Shown here in pieces: positions 16,198-25,872 of a DNA stretch of 64,000 nucleotides (its first letter is position 1; each line of letters begins with the position of its first letter). Source of the stretch: Candidatus Nomurabacteria bacterium. GTDB taxonomy: Bacteria; Patescibacteriota; Saccharimonadia; JAGOAT01. The notes beneath the pieces were generated by a model that was given only the letters and a program-made list of their open reading frames with translations, was not told the origin of the DNA and did no database searches. Made by a program: the position numbers and the translations under genes. The stretch covers positions 18,511-82,510 of the forward strand of contig JACKGM010000001.1 in assembly GCA_020639315.1 (NCBI GenBank). Direction: 5' to 3'.

Positions 16198-16806
16198 ATG
16201 ATAGATGAAAAATTTGTAATAATTGGTGCCTTGCTAAACATGATGGGTAGCGGGACTTATGTCTACAATACTCTTAGAGGTAAGACTAAGCCTAATCGTG
16301 TTACGTGGTTCTTATGGGCACTAGCCCCCTTGATAGCTGTTAGTGCTCAATGGTTAGAGGGTGTTACGTGGGCAGCACTTATGACATTCATGGTGGGTTT
16401 CGGACCCTTTATTATTCTCTTGTCATCCTTTGTTAACCGAAAAGCATACTGGAAAATTACTAAACTCGATATTATCTGTGGATCCATATCGATATCGGCA
16501 TTGATACTCTGGTTGGTCACAGGACAAGGTGTGGTTGCAATAATTTTTAGTATCTTGGCTGACTTGGTAGCTGGCATTCCAACTCTGATCAAAGCATTCA
16601 ATAAACCTGAGACTGAACATTATATTGTATTTAGAAATGGAGCTATTAGTGCAGGCATTACACTTTTGACCATCAAAGAATGGGGTTTTGTAAATTATGG
16701 GTTTGCGCTTTACATATTACTTATATGTTTGACTCTCTATATTTTTATAAGGTTTAAGGTAGGCAAGAAATATTTTAAAACTGACACTGCAAAGGAAGTT
16801 GCTTAA
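16198..16806 (+). CDS. Membrane protein, possibly PQ-loop-like internal duplication
   Basis: 202 aa with about 6-7 TM helices. Two similar loop motifs (YNTLRGKTKPN and IPTLIKAFNKPETE) weakly resemble PQ-loop repeats. Confidence 0.55.
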   Translation: MIDEKFVIIGALLNMMGSGTYVYNTLRGKTKPNRVTWFLWALAPLIAVSAQWLEGVTWAALMTFMVGFGPFIILLSSFVNRKAYWKITKLDIICGSISISALILWLVTGQGVVAIIFSILADLVAGIPTLIKAFNKPETEHYIVFRNGAISAGITLLTIKEWGFVNYGFALYILLICLTLYIFIRFKVGKKYFKTDTAKEVA

Positions 16807-16947
16807 TAGCCCACCGTCTAAGCCAACAACACCCCCTAATCCACCAATGTACAAAACATAATTTACTCTTATATGTTAACTACTTGAATAACCATGATTA
16901 TCTGAAGATCTTTTTAGGCTATTTGGATATAATTAATTGGTATATCT

Positions 16948-18272
<1,325 letters not shown>

Positions 18273-18289
18273 TTAGTTATCCTAACACA

Positions 18290-18657
18290 TAGGATTGAAT
18301 TCTGGTAATGCGAAATACTGGATCCCCCGTAATCCTCTATGAGGATTCGGAGGATGACAATACACCCCAGTCATCTTCCAAAATCCTGTAAGGATTTATG
18401 GGAGATCCATCTCCCCAGCGTCATCCTCGACTTTTCCGCCCTTCATTTGAAGGAAAAGTTGGGGATCCAGACTTCTAGATAATGGGTTAGGGTTTAGGTA
18501 ATACAGTTACTTTTTATGCTTATTGTTAGTTTTCTGGATACCCAGAGCAAGCTCTGAGTATGACGGATGCAAATGCAGAGATACTGGATCCCCCGTAAGT
18601 TCTCCGAACTTCGGAGGATGACAGAAGAGGAGTAGGTTTCGGAGGATGACAAGACAA
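18290..18657 (+). repeat. 368-bp direct repeat, copy 1 (itself a cluster of family-A hairpin units)
   Basis: I read it base for base as identical to 20559-20926 (offset 2269 bp), running from TAGGATTGAATTCTGGTAATGCG to GGAGGATGACAAGACAA. Confidence 0.93.
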
Positions 18658-18855
18658 TGACACTAACTTAATACTTTGTAAGTTCTATTCAATATACAAA
18701 TTAAGCATTAGTAGGATCCCAAAAGGTACTGACTTCTCCTTAAGCTAATAGCATTGGGATGACAACATATAGCCGCCTACAACAAAACCTGTTTGTTCTG
18801 GGTGATAGATTATCGATCTAGAGTTGTCGCTATTGTGACAAGTCATATCCGTAGA

Positions 18856-19021
18856 TATAGCAAGCTCAAACCAAAACTAGACAATTTGAGCTGTACTATA
18901 GAGAACTATAAAGGTAGTTCTTCTTAAGAGCCATATCCATATAGGTATGGTGAGTAAGAAAACTAGCTTGATAGACTCTAGAGTTGGGTCAAAAGTCTGG
19001 TTTTGTTTTTAACTTGCTATA
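18856..19021 (-). mobile_element. MITE family B, full copy (inverted relative to 13157-13320)
   Basis: TATAGCAAGCTCAAACCAAAACTAGAC...GGTTTTGTTTTTAACTTGCTATA, collinear with the other copies. Confidence 0.9.
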
Positions 19022-19108
19022 CGATGAGGAGCAATAGTGGCAGTTATAGACCATAAGATACAGTCAAAAGTACAGGTTTTGTTTTTCGGGGGCTATAGAA
19101 TTATCATG

Positions 19109-20347
19109 CTACAAACCTAACCCAGTCGCTACTCTTAATACCCGGCCAGCCAACCTAGCCACTACAGAACTATACCCTCCAACATTATCATAACCAATCT
19201 CTATACCTATTACTGTAGTCCCACTACCCAAATGGTCTACACTAATCCCCAGTATCACACTACTAGTGTCAGAACCGACTACATCTAGTTTGGTACTAGG
19301 CCGATAACCTTCGCTATTATAACCTTTGCCAAACTGGGAAACACCACTCAGCCTATCGTCATCACTCATTGCTTCCCTTAGTAATTTCTCGATGTCATTA
19401 GAACCAACCTTCCCTTTAATATCACAAATGATACTCAAATGCGCTATACTACCAGTCGCAACATCGGCCCTAGTAGATATTACTTGCCCGATATTACTTG
19501 CCAATACAGGGTACAGTATTGCCAACTCTTGACTTGCACCCGAACTACCAGATCTGAATGTTTGCCCAATTTCACTTACTCTATCACTATTAGTTTTGGC
19601 ATGGCTAAGGTTTAAACCAATAACCTTGATTGAGTCAACGCCAACCTTATCAGCCACTACCCCAAGTACAGGCGCTACCGCGTTGGTAGTACAAGAACTT
19701 GCTGAAAACATACCTTGATCAATAGCTTCTGCTATGTCAGATTCCCCATCCTTGGCCCCCGATACTATTAAGGGTGGTCTACTATCGCTATCACCCAATT
19801 TCCAAGGACAAGTAATCATTACGATGCCATCAGGATACATCTCATAAAAAGATTGATATACTTCCCTAACTCTTTCTGGAGTCTTGAACGCTCCTGTGGC
19901 ATCAACAACCATCTTACTACCTGAACCAAACCCAAACCCTGTTATTTGGTTTGGATCCCTGGTCATAGTAGCCGTTACTGGCTGACCATCAAATAATACT
20001 TCTTTTTTTTCTCCCAAAGTATAGCCTACTGGAAGCACCTGACCCATCGAAGCATAGACCGGGTGATACAATGTACCATGCTCAAACTTTCCCTGAGGAA
20101 ATCTTCCTGATACATTTGAAAAATTAGCCCCAAATAATCGTGCAACATCAATATCGCCAACCGTAGCCGTATTCGGATCATCTTTACCAAGTAATCCCCC
20201 TGAGAAGTTAGCTCCTACTACCGATAGACCTGCTTGTCTACCTCCTTGGTTGTTATTACTTGCGACTTTTGCAGCAACTGCAGATCCTATATCACCCAAA
20301 GCCCCGTTGATAAATATTCCAACCTCACTGCTATGCATAGCTTCCAA
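19109..20347 (-). CDS. Divergent, elongated glyceraldehyde-3-phosphate dehydrogenase family protein
   Basis: 412 aa. It has a Rossmann start GIFINGALGDIGSAVAAKV, an active-site-like SASSCTTNAVAPVLGVV (canonical S-C-T-T-N) and a downstream SHAKTNSD. It is about 75 aa longer than typical GAPDH. GGGGG lies before a TTG start at 20347; the alternative ATG is at 20338. Confidence 0.65.
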   Translation of the reverse strand: MEAMHSSEVGIFINGALGDIGSAVAAKVASNNNQGGRQAGLSVVGANFSGGLLGKDDPNTATVGDIDVARLFGANFSNVSGRFPQGKFEHGTLYHPVYASMGQVLPVGYTLGEKKEVLFDGQPVTATMTRDPNQITGFGFGSGSKMVVDATGAFKTPERVREVYQSFYEMYPDGIVMITCPWKLGDSDSRPPLIVSGAKDGESDIAEAIDQGMFSASSCTTNAVAPVLGVVADKVGVDSIKVIGLNLSHAKTNSDRVSEIGQTFRSGSSGASQELAILYPVLASNIGQVISTRADVATGSIAHLSIICDIKGKVGSNDIEKLLREAMSDDDRLSGVSQFGKGYNSEGYRPSTKLDVVGSDTSSVILGISVDHLGSGTTVIGIEIGYDNVGGYSSVVARLAGRVLRVATGLGL

Positions 20348-20440
20348 GAAACCCCCTTACTATATAACTTAATTGGTCTTTATATATTGACTATAACAGT
20401 CTTGAGAAAAATAGTCCACAGAACCAACCTTGCTACAAAA

Positions 20441-20530
20441 GCCATATCCAAAGATATGGTGAGGAAGAAAACTAGCTTTATAGACTCTAGAGTTGGGTCA
20501 AAAGTCTGATTTTGTTTTTAACTTGCTATA
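20441..20530 (-). mobile_element. MITE family B, right half only
   Basis: GCCATATCCAAAGATATGGTGAGGAAGAAAACTAGCTTTATAGACTCTAGAGTTGGGTCAAAAGTCTGATTTTGTTTTTAACTTGCTATA. Confidence 0.85.
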
Positions 20531-20558
20531 GCTTCATGACAACGGGGTTAGTAGATTC

Positions 20559-20926
20559 TAGGATTGAATTCTGGTAATGCGAAATACTGGATCCCCCGTA
20601 ATCCTCTATGAGGATTCGGAGGATGACAATACACCCCAGTCATCTTCCAAAATCCTGTAAGGATTTATGGGAGATCCATCTCCCCAGCGTCATCCTCGAC
20701 TTTTCCGCCCTTCATTTGAAGGAAAAGTTGGGGATCCAGACTTCTAGATAATGGGTTAGGGTTTAGGTAATACAGTTACTTTTTATGCTTATTGTTAGTT
20801 TTCTGGATACCCAGAGCAAGCTCTGAGTATGACGGATGCAAATGCAGAGATACTGGATCCCCCGTAAGTTCTCCGAACTTCGGAGGATGACAGAAGAGGA
20901 GTAGGTTTCGGAGGATGACAAGACAA
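20559..20926 (+). repeat. 368-bp direct repeat, copy 2
   Basis: Identical to 18290-18657. It is followed (20927-20996) by extra tandem family-A half units. Confidence 0.93.
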
Positions 20927-21016
20927 GGGGCGGGTTTCGGAGGATGATAGGAGAGAGATGGGTTTCGGAGAATGACAGAAAGGGAGTAGGGTTTCAAAAA
21001 CTAGACTTCAATCAAC

Positions 21017-21904
21017 TCAAGTAATCGATGCTTGATAAATGCCCTGGATAGTATCAGCCAATTTTTGGTTAAACTGCTCATCTGACTGATCAGCTGACAG
21101 ACCTTCGGCCAAGGCTCGACTAAAGCTAGCTATTAGACCTATGTTGCTACTAAGTCGCTGATTGGCAAGCTCCCGATCATACCCTCCAGAAAGTGCTACC
21201 ACTCGTACGACATTGGGATGACCCATCAAATCTTGGTACAAATTGTCACCCTCGGGTATGGTCAGCTTGAGCATTACCAACTGATCAGGCGTGAGCTTGC
21301 CCAACTCTTCAAGTAGTAATCCATGCAGGATCGACTCTATCTCTCCCTTGTCTTCGGCATTGATATCTACCTCTGGCTCAATGATTGGGACTAAATCAGC
21401 AGCACTAATCACCCGTGCTAGCTCAAACTGTTGCTCGACTACCTCTCTAATGCCTTCTGGGTTATTCTGCTTGATCACTGAACGCATCTTGGTACCAAAG
21501 ATATTTTTGGCGTTTGCTTCATCTAAGATTTGGTCAAGATTAACGATTGGCTTCATCAGCTGGACTCCATTTTCAAGCTCGGCCAGCCCCAAATCAATCT
21601 TGAGAAATGGGACAATATGTTTTCTCTCCCAAAGATAATCAGCAGTATCTATCCCCTCGATCTGGCTAATCATAGTTTGCCTAAAAAGGATTGCCCCCAA
21701 GATATAGTCATTAGAAAAAGCTGGACTAGTGATAATCCTGGTACGCATTTGGTGGACGAGATCATACATCTCGGCTTCAGTGCTATAGCTATCCTCGCTC
21801 ACCCCATATGACAAGAGAGCCTTGGGGGTAGAGCCACCACTTTGATCTAATGCAGCGATAAAGCCTTGGTTGTTTTTGATTTGATTGAGTTGTGTTTTAT
21901 TCAT
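21017..21904 (-). CDS. fba: Fructose-bisphosphate aldolase, class I
   Basis: [30 protein letters not shown]..., LMKP, IIEPEV and MLKLTIPE closely follow Gram-positive class I FBA. Start placed at MNKTQL (rc ATG 21902-21904), with TGTTATAAT 6 nt upstream. Confidence 0.88.
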   Translation of the reverse strand: MNKTQLNQIKNNQGFIAALDQSGGSTPKALLSYGVSEDSYSTEAEMYDLVHQMRTRIITSPAFSNDYILGAILFRQTMISQIEGIDTADYLWERKHIVPFLKIDLGLAELENGVQLMKPIVNLDQILDEANAKNIFGTKMRSVIKQNNPEGIREVVEQQFELARVISAADLVPIIEPEVDINAEDKGEIESILHGLLLEELGKLTPDQLVMLKLTIPEGDNLYQDLMGHPNVVRVVALSGGYDRELANQRLSSNIGLIASFSRALAEGLSADQSDEQFNQKLADTIQGIYQASIT

Positions 21905-21910
21905 GACTTT

Positions 21911-21928
21911 ATTATAACATGATAAAAT
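21911..21928. promoter_or_regulatory. Back-to-back divergent extended -10 boxes (fba on minus, 56-aa ORF on plus)
   Basis: Minus strand: TGTTATAAT (rc 21911-21919), then AAAGTC, then ATG 21904. Plus strand: TGATAAAAT (21920-21928), then GAGCAG, then ATG 21935. Confidence 0.5.
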
Positions 21929-21934
21929 GAGCAG

Positions 21935-22105
21935 ATGGAAAAAAATACCCCGCACGAAAGCGAAGTGTCACTCGAAACCGTACAGGGACAATTCAATAAA
22001 GATTTATGGGAGCAACCAGAGTGGAGACAAATCCTAGCAAACATTAGCGGTCGAAAGCTTTCTTCTCTAGGTCAAGATACCCCCCTCTTTCAATTGAGCC
22101 AATGA
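21935..22105 (+). CDS. Small hypothetical protein (56 aa, below track cut-off)
   Basis: My translation is [65 protein letters not shown] at 21920-21928 lies 6 nt before the ATG. The stop TGA overlaps the next ATG (ATGA at 22102-22105). Confidence 0.45.
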   Translation: MEKNTPHESEVSLETVQGQFNKDLWEQPEWRQILANISGRKLSSLGQDTPLFQLSQ

Positions 22106-22467
22106 TTGATTTATCAACCTACCCAAGAATAACTTTATATATCCAGATCGAGGATGAGGTTAGTCGATCAATAGATGAGATTCCAATTGCTACATTTGAG
22201 GATCAATATTACGAACAGCATTATGAAAAAAATGCACCAGAACTAGATCAATTACTCTGGTCTCCTCTATATCTTCCTGAGGCTAGTAGCATGGAGCCAA
22301 CAAATGATTTGATAGAAATAACAGACGAATATGATCTAGACCCTCAGTTGCAACTTGAAACCATAATCAATATAATCAGCCGATATTACTGGTCAGCTAT
22401 CAAATGTTCTAACTTTAATCATGAGACTGGGATACTTGAGCCTTTGATTAGAAAAGTTGACCATTGA
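22102..22467 (+). CDS. Hypothetical acidic protein
   Basis: 121-aa ORF, translationally coupled on both sides. No motif recognised. Confidence 0.55.
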   Translation: MIDLSTYPRITLYIQIEDEVSRSIDEIPIATFEDQYYEQHYEKNAPELDQLLWSPLYLPEASSMEPTNDLIEITDEYDLDPQLQLETIINIISRYYWSAIKCSNFNHETGILEPLIRKVDH

Positions 22468-22468
22468 A

Positions 22469-22969
22469 ATGAACATCCTAGTCATCCTCGACAATATCCG
22501 TAGCTGTCACAATGTCGGAGCAATCTTGCGGACTGCAGATGGAGCTGGAATCACCCGAGTAATCTGCACTGGCTTTACCCCTTATCCAGAGATAGTCGAC
22601 GATACTCGTGACCCCAGAATAATTACTAAGAATTCTCACCGAATATCCAAGACTGCCCTAGGTGCAGAGAAAACAATAGACATAAGATATGATGAAGATA
22701 TTAATACTACGATTGACCACTTGAAGTCGGTAGGCTATACCCTGATATCCCTCGAAGAAACACCAGAAGCAGTCGACCTCTATTCTAGCCTCTCCGAACT
22801 AAAGTCTTATCCAAAAATTGCCCTAATAGTAGGCAATGAAGTGACTGGTGTTCAACAATCTGTACTCAATAGATCCGATCAGATAATCTGCCTACCCCAG
22901 ATGGGAGACAAAAACTCCCTCAATGTTTCAGTAGCGACTGGGATTGCCCTGTATAGCTTACGGTTTTAA
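22469..22969 (+). CDS. SpoU/TrmH family RNA 2'-O-methyltransferase
   Basis: NIRSCHNVGAILRTADGAGI, LIVGNEVTGV and SLNVSVATGIALY are SPOUT motifs. The ATG at 22469 directly follows the upstream stop; the track start 22457 is TTG. Confidence 0.82.
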   Translation: MNILVILDNIRSCHNVGAILRTADGAGITRVICTGFTPYPEIVDDTRDPRIITKNSHRISKTALGAEKTIDIRYDEDINTTIDHLKSVGYTLISLEETPEAVDLYSSLSELKSYPKIALIVGNEVTGVQQSVLNRSDQIICLPQMGDKNSLNVSVATGIALYSLRF

Positions 22970-23039
22970 GATTCTAAGAGTTGAGCAGAAGTCTTCTTTG
23001 CTAAATTCTGATCAAAAGTCATTAGTGTCTTAGCTTCAC

Positions 23040-23363
23040 TTAGTTCGGCTTGTGCTGTAAGCATACAATCTTCGAAAGATAGCCCAGAGAAAGTAATAAA
23101 ATACTCGATTGTAGTCTCAGCTTTGGATTAAGAGAAAGTTTGCCAAACAATTGTTTGATGGCTATCCTTGGCATTTGATAATACCTCTCCAGGACAAAAA
23201 CTGTTTCAGCAATTGCTAGGTCAGCAATATATACCTGGTGGCAACTATTTACCAGATTGATTGCAATCTCCTGCTGATACTTAACATCCCCTACTACCAA
23301 CCGGACCAGCACATTAGTATCTATGGCAACCTTCTTTAGTAGCTTGCCCTGTTTAACTCTGGC
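23040..23363 (-). CDS. vapC: PIN-domain toxin (VapC-like), short
   Basis: The VAIDTNVLVRLVVGD N-terminal acidic motif is typical of PIN domains. The gene overlaps the upstream antitoxin gene by 11 nt. From MARVKQG it is only about 107 aa, so it may be degenerate. Confidence 0.6.
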   Translation of the reverse strand, partial: ARVKQGKLLKKVAIDTNVLVRLVVGDVKYQQEIAINLVNSCHQVYIADLAIAETVFVLERYYQMPRIAIKQLFGKLSLNPKLRLQSSILLLSLGYLSKIVCLQHKPN

Positions 23364-23613
23364 CATTAGAAACTGGGCGATTTTTTTGATAATACTCAGC
23401 GGGGTCTTTGAGAGGTTTGACCTTAGCAATATTTGATTGAACAAACTGACTAATATCTTTGAAGCTTTCTGGCCGAGAAATTATAACCTTGCGACCAGAC
23501 TCATCAAAGTCTATAGTCAATCTATCCCCAAGCTTGTTTACCCCTAGCTGCTGGCGAAACTTAATGGGCATAGTGAATGTACCCTTGCTAGTCATTGTGA
23601 TAGTATCTACCAT
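23353..23613 (-). CDS. vapB: AbrB/SpoVT-type antitoxin (VapB/MazE-like)
   Basis: 86 aa with an N-terminal swapped-hairpin-type segment, TMTSKGTFTMPIKFRQQLGV. TATAAT (rc 23621-23626) lies 7 nt before the ATG. Confidence 0.65.
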   Translation of the reverse strand: MVDTITMTSKGTFTMPIKFRQQLGVNKLGDRLTIDFDESGRKVIISRPESFKDISQFVQSNIAKVKPLKDPAEYYQKNRPVSNGQS

Positions 23614-23666
23614 GGTAAGAATTATATAGCTAGTAAGAATTTATTGTAAAGTATGACTATGAGTGT

Positions 23667-24275
23667 CTAGATAGTAAGAAACCCCATCACTCGATCATAG
23701 GTGTCTTGATCTATCCTGCCCTGATCTCGAAGAATCTGGATTACTTCCTCGACTAGCATCATCCGATGCAAACTATAACCTTTGTCCTCAAGTAACTTAG
23801 TTGCACCTCGATTATAATCTAAAATTACAGCAAAATCTTCGACCACCAATCCCGAACTTTCAAAAGACACTAGAGATTCCAACTTTGAGCCCCCTGTAGT
23901 GACTAGATCATCCACGATCAATATCCTTTGACCAGTTTCAAATTCACCAATCAAATCCTTGCCCATCCCATAGTTCTTCGACTCTTTGCGGGCACAAATC
24001 CAAGGAATATTAGCCTCTAACGAGAAAGCCGATGCGACACCGATCGCACCATAGGGTATTGCCCCAATCTGATCAAAAACTAGCTCACTAGTAATAGTCT
24101 GATAGTGCCTAGCAATCTGCTTGGCAAACTCAGGATAAGATACAAAATTCCTTAAGTTACAATACATTGGAGACTTAATCCCCGAGTGGAGTGTAAAATC
24201 CCCAAACTTAATCATATTGTGATCAAACAAACCTAGTGCAATTTCTAGCTTATCGGTTTGGCCTAACTTACTCAT
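23667..24275 (-). CDS. pyrE: Orotate phosphoribosyltransferase
   Basis: 202 aa with the PRPP-binding motif RILIVDDLVTTGGSKLE. It sits in the pyr operon. Confidence 0.88.
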   Translation of the reverse strand: MSKLGQTDKLEIALGLFDHNMIKFGDFTLHSGIKSPMYCNLRNFVSYPEFAKQIARHYQTITSELVFDQIGAIPYGAIGVASAFSLEANIPWICARKESKNYGMGKDLIGEFETGQRILIVDDLVTTGGSKLESLVSFESSGLVVEDFAVILDYNRGATKLLEDKGYSLHRMMLVEEVIQILRDQGRIDQDTYDRVMGFLTI

Positions 24276-25012
24276 ACTACCTCCTCTAGTATTAATTCTA
24301 ATGCCTTTCTGATCCCCCCAATCTTAGCTGGTGGGCTAGTGATTGGTCGACCAATTACTAGATAATCTACCCCGAAGCTCAAGGCTTCGGTAGGGGTCAA
24401 GGATCTCACTTGATCATTGTGACTAGCCCAGTCTGGTCGAATACCCGGAGTAACCAATAATAATCCTTCAGTATCTTGGTTGGACCGAAGCATCTGAGCC
24501 TCTTTGGCCGAACAAACTACCCCATCCAAGCCTACTTTGGCAGCCAAACTGGCAAACTGTAATACTTTCTGATCCAGACTCCCGCCATAAATCTCTTGAG
24601 ATTCTCGGTCGGAAATTGATGTCAGGACTGTTACCCCTAGAATAATTGGCCTATTGGTAATATGATAATCAGCCAAAGACTGTTCTCTACCCTCTATAGA
24701 CGCCTGGATTGCAGCCTGGTTATTATCAATCATAATATTAAAAAACTCCGGCTGGTATCGAGTAATAGATCGAGCTGACTTCCCCACAGTATTCGGTATA
24801 TCTTTAAATTTGGTATCAGCAAAAAACCTAAGTCCTCGCTCCTTAACCAGTCTCGCCACCTTCTCCCAGCCGGCATAAGTTGCCAACTGATTGCCAACCT
24901 TGATCGTTACACCAGTACCATCTATCTGATCCAAAATTACTCTAGCTTGATCTAGCTCATCCACATCCAAAGCAACCATTATTTTGCTCTGGGGTTTAAT
25001 CTCAAACTTCAT
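24272..25012 (-). CDS. pyrF: Orotidine 5'-phosphate decarboxylase
   Basis: 246 aa with IMVALDV...DTKFKDIPNTV and VIGRPI motifs. It overlaps its neighbours by 4 nt. Confidence 0.88.
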   Translation of the reverse strand: MKFEIKPQSKIMVALDVDELDQARVILDQIDGTGVTIKVGNQLATYAGWEKVARLVKERGLRFFADTKFKDIPNTVGKSARSITRYQPEFFNIMIDNNQAAIQASIEGREQSLADYHITNRPIILGVTVLTSISDRESQEIYGGSLDQKVLQFASLAAKVGLDGVVCSAKEAQMLRSNQDTEGLLLVTPGIRPDWASHNDQVRSLTPTEALSFGVDYLVIGRPITSPPAKIGGIRKALELILEEVV

Positions 25013-25872
25013 TTTTGACAGAGTTCATTTATTGCCTGATGCCCATCACGGACTATTAAAGTAGCTGCCTGGACACTACTAGCCCCAGCTTCAAAATATT
25101 GATTTAGATCCTCGTAAGTTTCAATTCCACCTACCCCAATCACTGCCATCGTATCGGGCAGTAATTGTCTGAATTGAAATACCTGACCAAGGGCAAAGGG
25201 CATTACGGCCTTGCCACTCATGCCTGCCAACCCTGCCCCAATCACTGACTTGCCCTTATCCAATACAAGAGCATTAGGAATGGTGTTCATCGTCACGACC
25301 CCGACTAGCCGATCGTACTCTTGGTGCAACAAAGCAAGCTTATCAGCCACTATCTTCAATAAATTGGGGTCAGTATAGGGTGAAACTTTGACTGTTACCT
25401 TGACGCTACTAGTAACATCCAAGACTACTTTGACAATCTCTCCAACCAATTCAGGATCGAAGCTAACAATCTTGCCATGATCAGTATTCGGACAGCTTAG
25501 GTTGAGCTCCAGGTAATCCACTTTCATTTCATCGGCAAATTCAGCTAATGCACGGTACTCCTCTACGCTAAACCCAGCTACACTGATCATAAACTCTTTA
25601 CCTTTTTGATGTGCAAGTTCTAGCACTTCGGGGATAAATTGAGCATTGGCTTTAATGCCGGGATTGGGCAACCCAAACGAGTTGAGTCCAAATAATCCCC
25701 CATCATACCAGTTTGGGGCTGGATTAGGATCCCTTGGCTCTACAGTCATAGAACCCATCAAGACAATATCTACCTTGGTATCACAAAGAGCAAGCATATC
25801 TTCTCTGCTCTTTGCGACCGCACAAGCTGCATTCATTACCAATCGATCAAGCAACCGATTATTACTTGCCAT
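25009..25872 (-). CDS. pyrD: Dihydroorotate dehydrogenase, class 1
   Basis: 287 aa with the ELNLSCPN active-site loop and GVGGI...A. No pyrK-like partner is adjacent. Confidence 0.85.
   Translation of the reverse strand: MASNNRLLDRLVMNAACAVAKSREDMLALCDTKVDIVLMGSMTVEPRDPNPAPNWYDGGLFGLNSFGLPNPGIKANAQFIPEVLELAHQKGKEFMISVAGFSVEEYRALAEFADEMKVDYLELNLSCPNTDHGKIVSFDPELVGEIVKVVLDVTSSVKVTVKVSPYTDPNLLKIVADKLALLHQEYDRLVGVVTMNTIPNALVLDKGKSVIGAGLAGMSGKAVMPFALGQVFQFRQLLPDTMAVIGVGGIETYEDLNQYFEAGASSVQAATLIVRDGHQAINELCQK

Noticed and set aside
18290-20926. Composite transposon interpretation of the 368-bp repeat-bracketed gap-like segment
   Set aside because: The flanking repeats are direct and non-coding, and consist of family-A hairpin units rather than IS copies. 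No transposase or terminal inverted repeats delimit the unit. Recombination or duplication between repeat clusters is the simpler reading, and is reported as a finding instead.
20881-20996. Possible CRISPR array (regular 28-30 bp period repeats)
   Set aside because: The variable fillers are only 9-12 nt, the repeat core is the 5' half of the dispersed family-A unit, and the same arrays occur at several loci in both orientations. No cas genes or leader are present.
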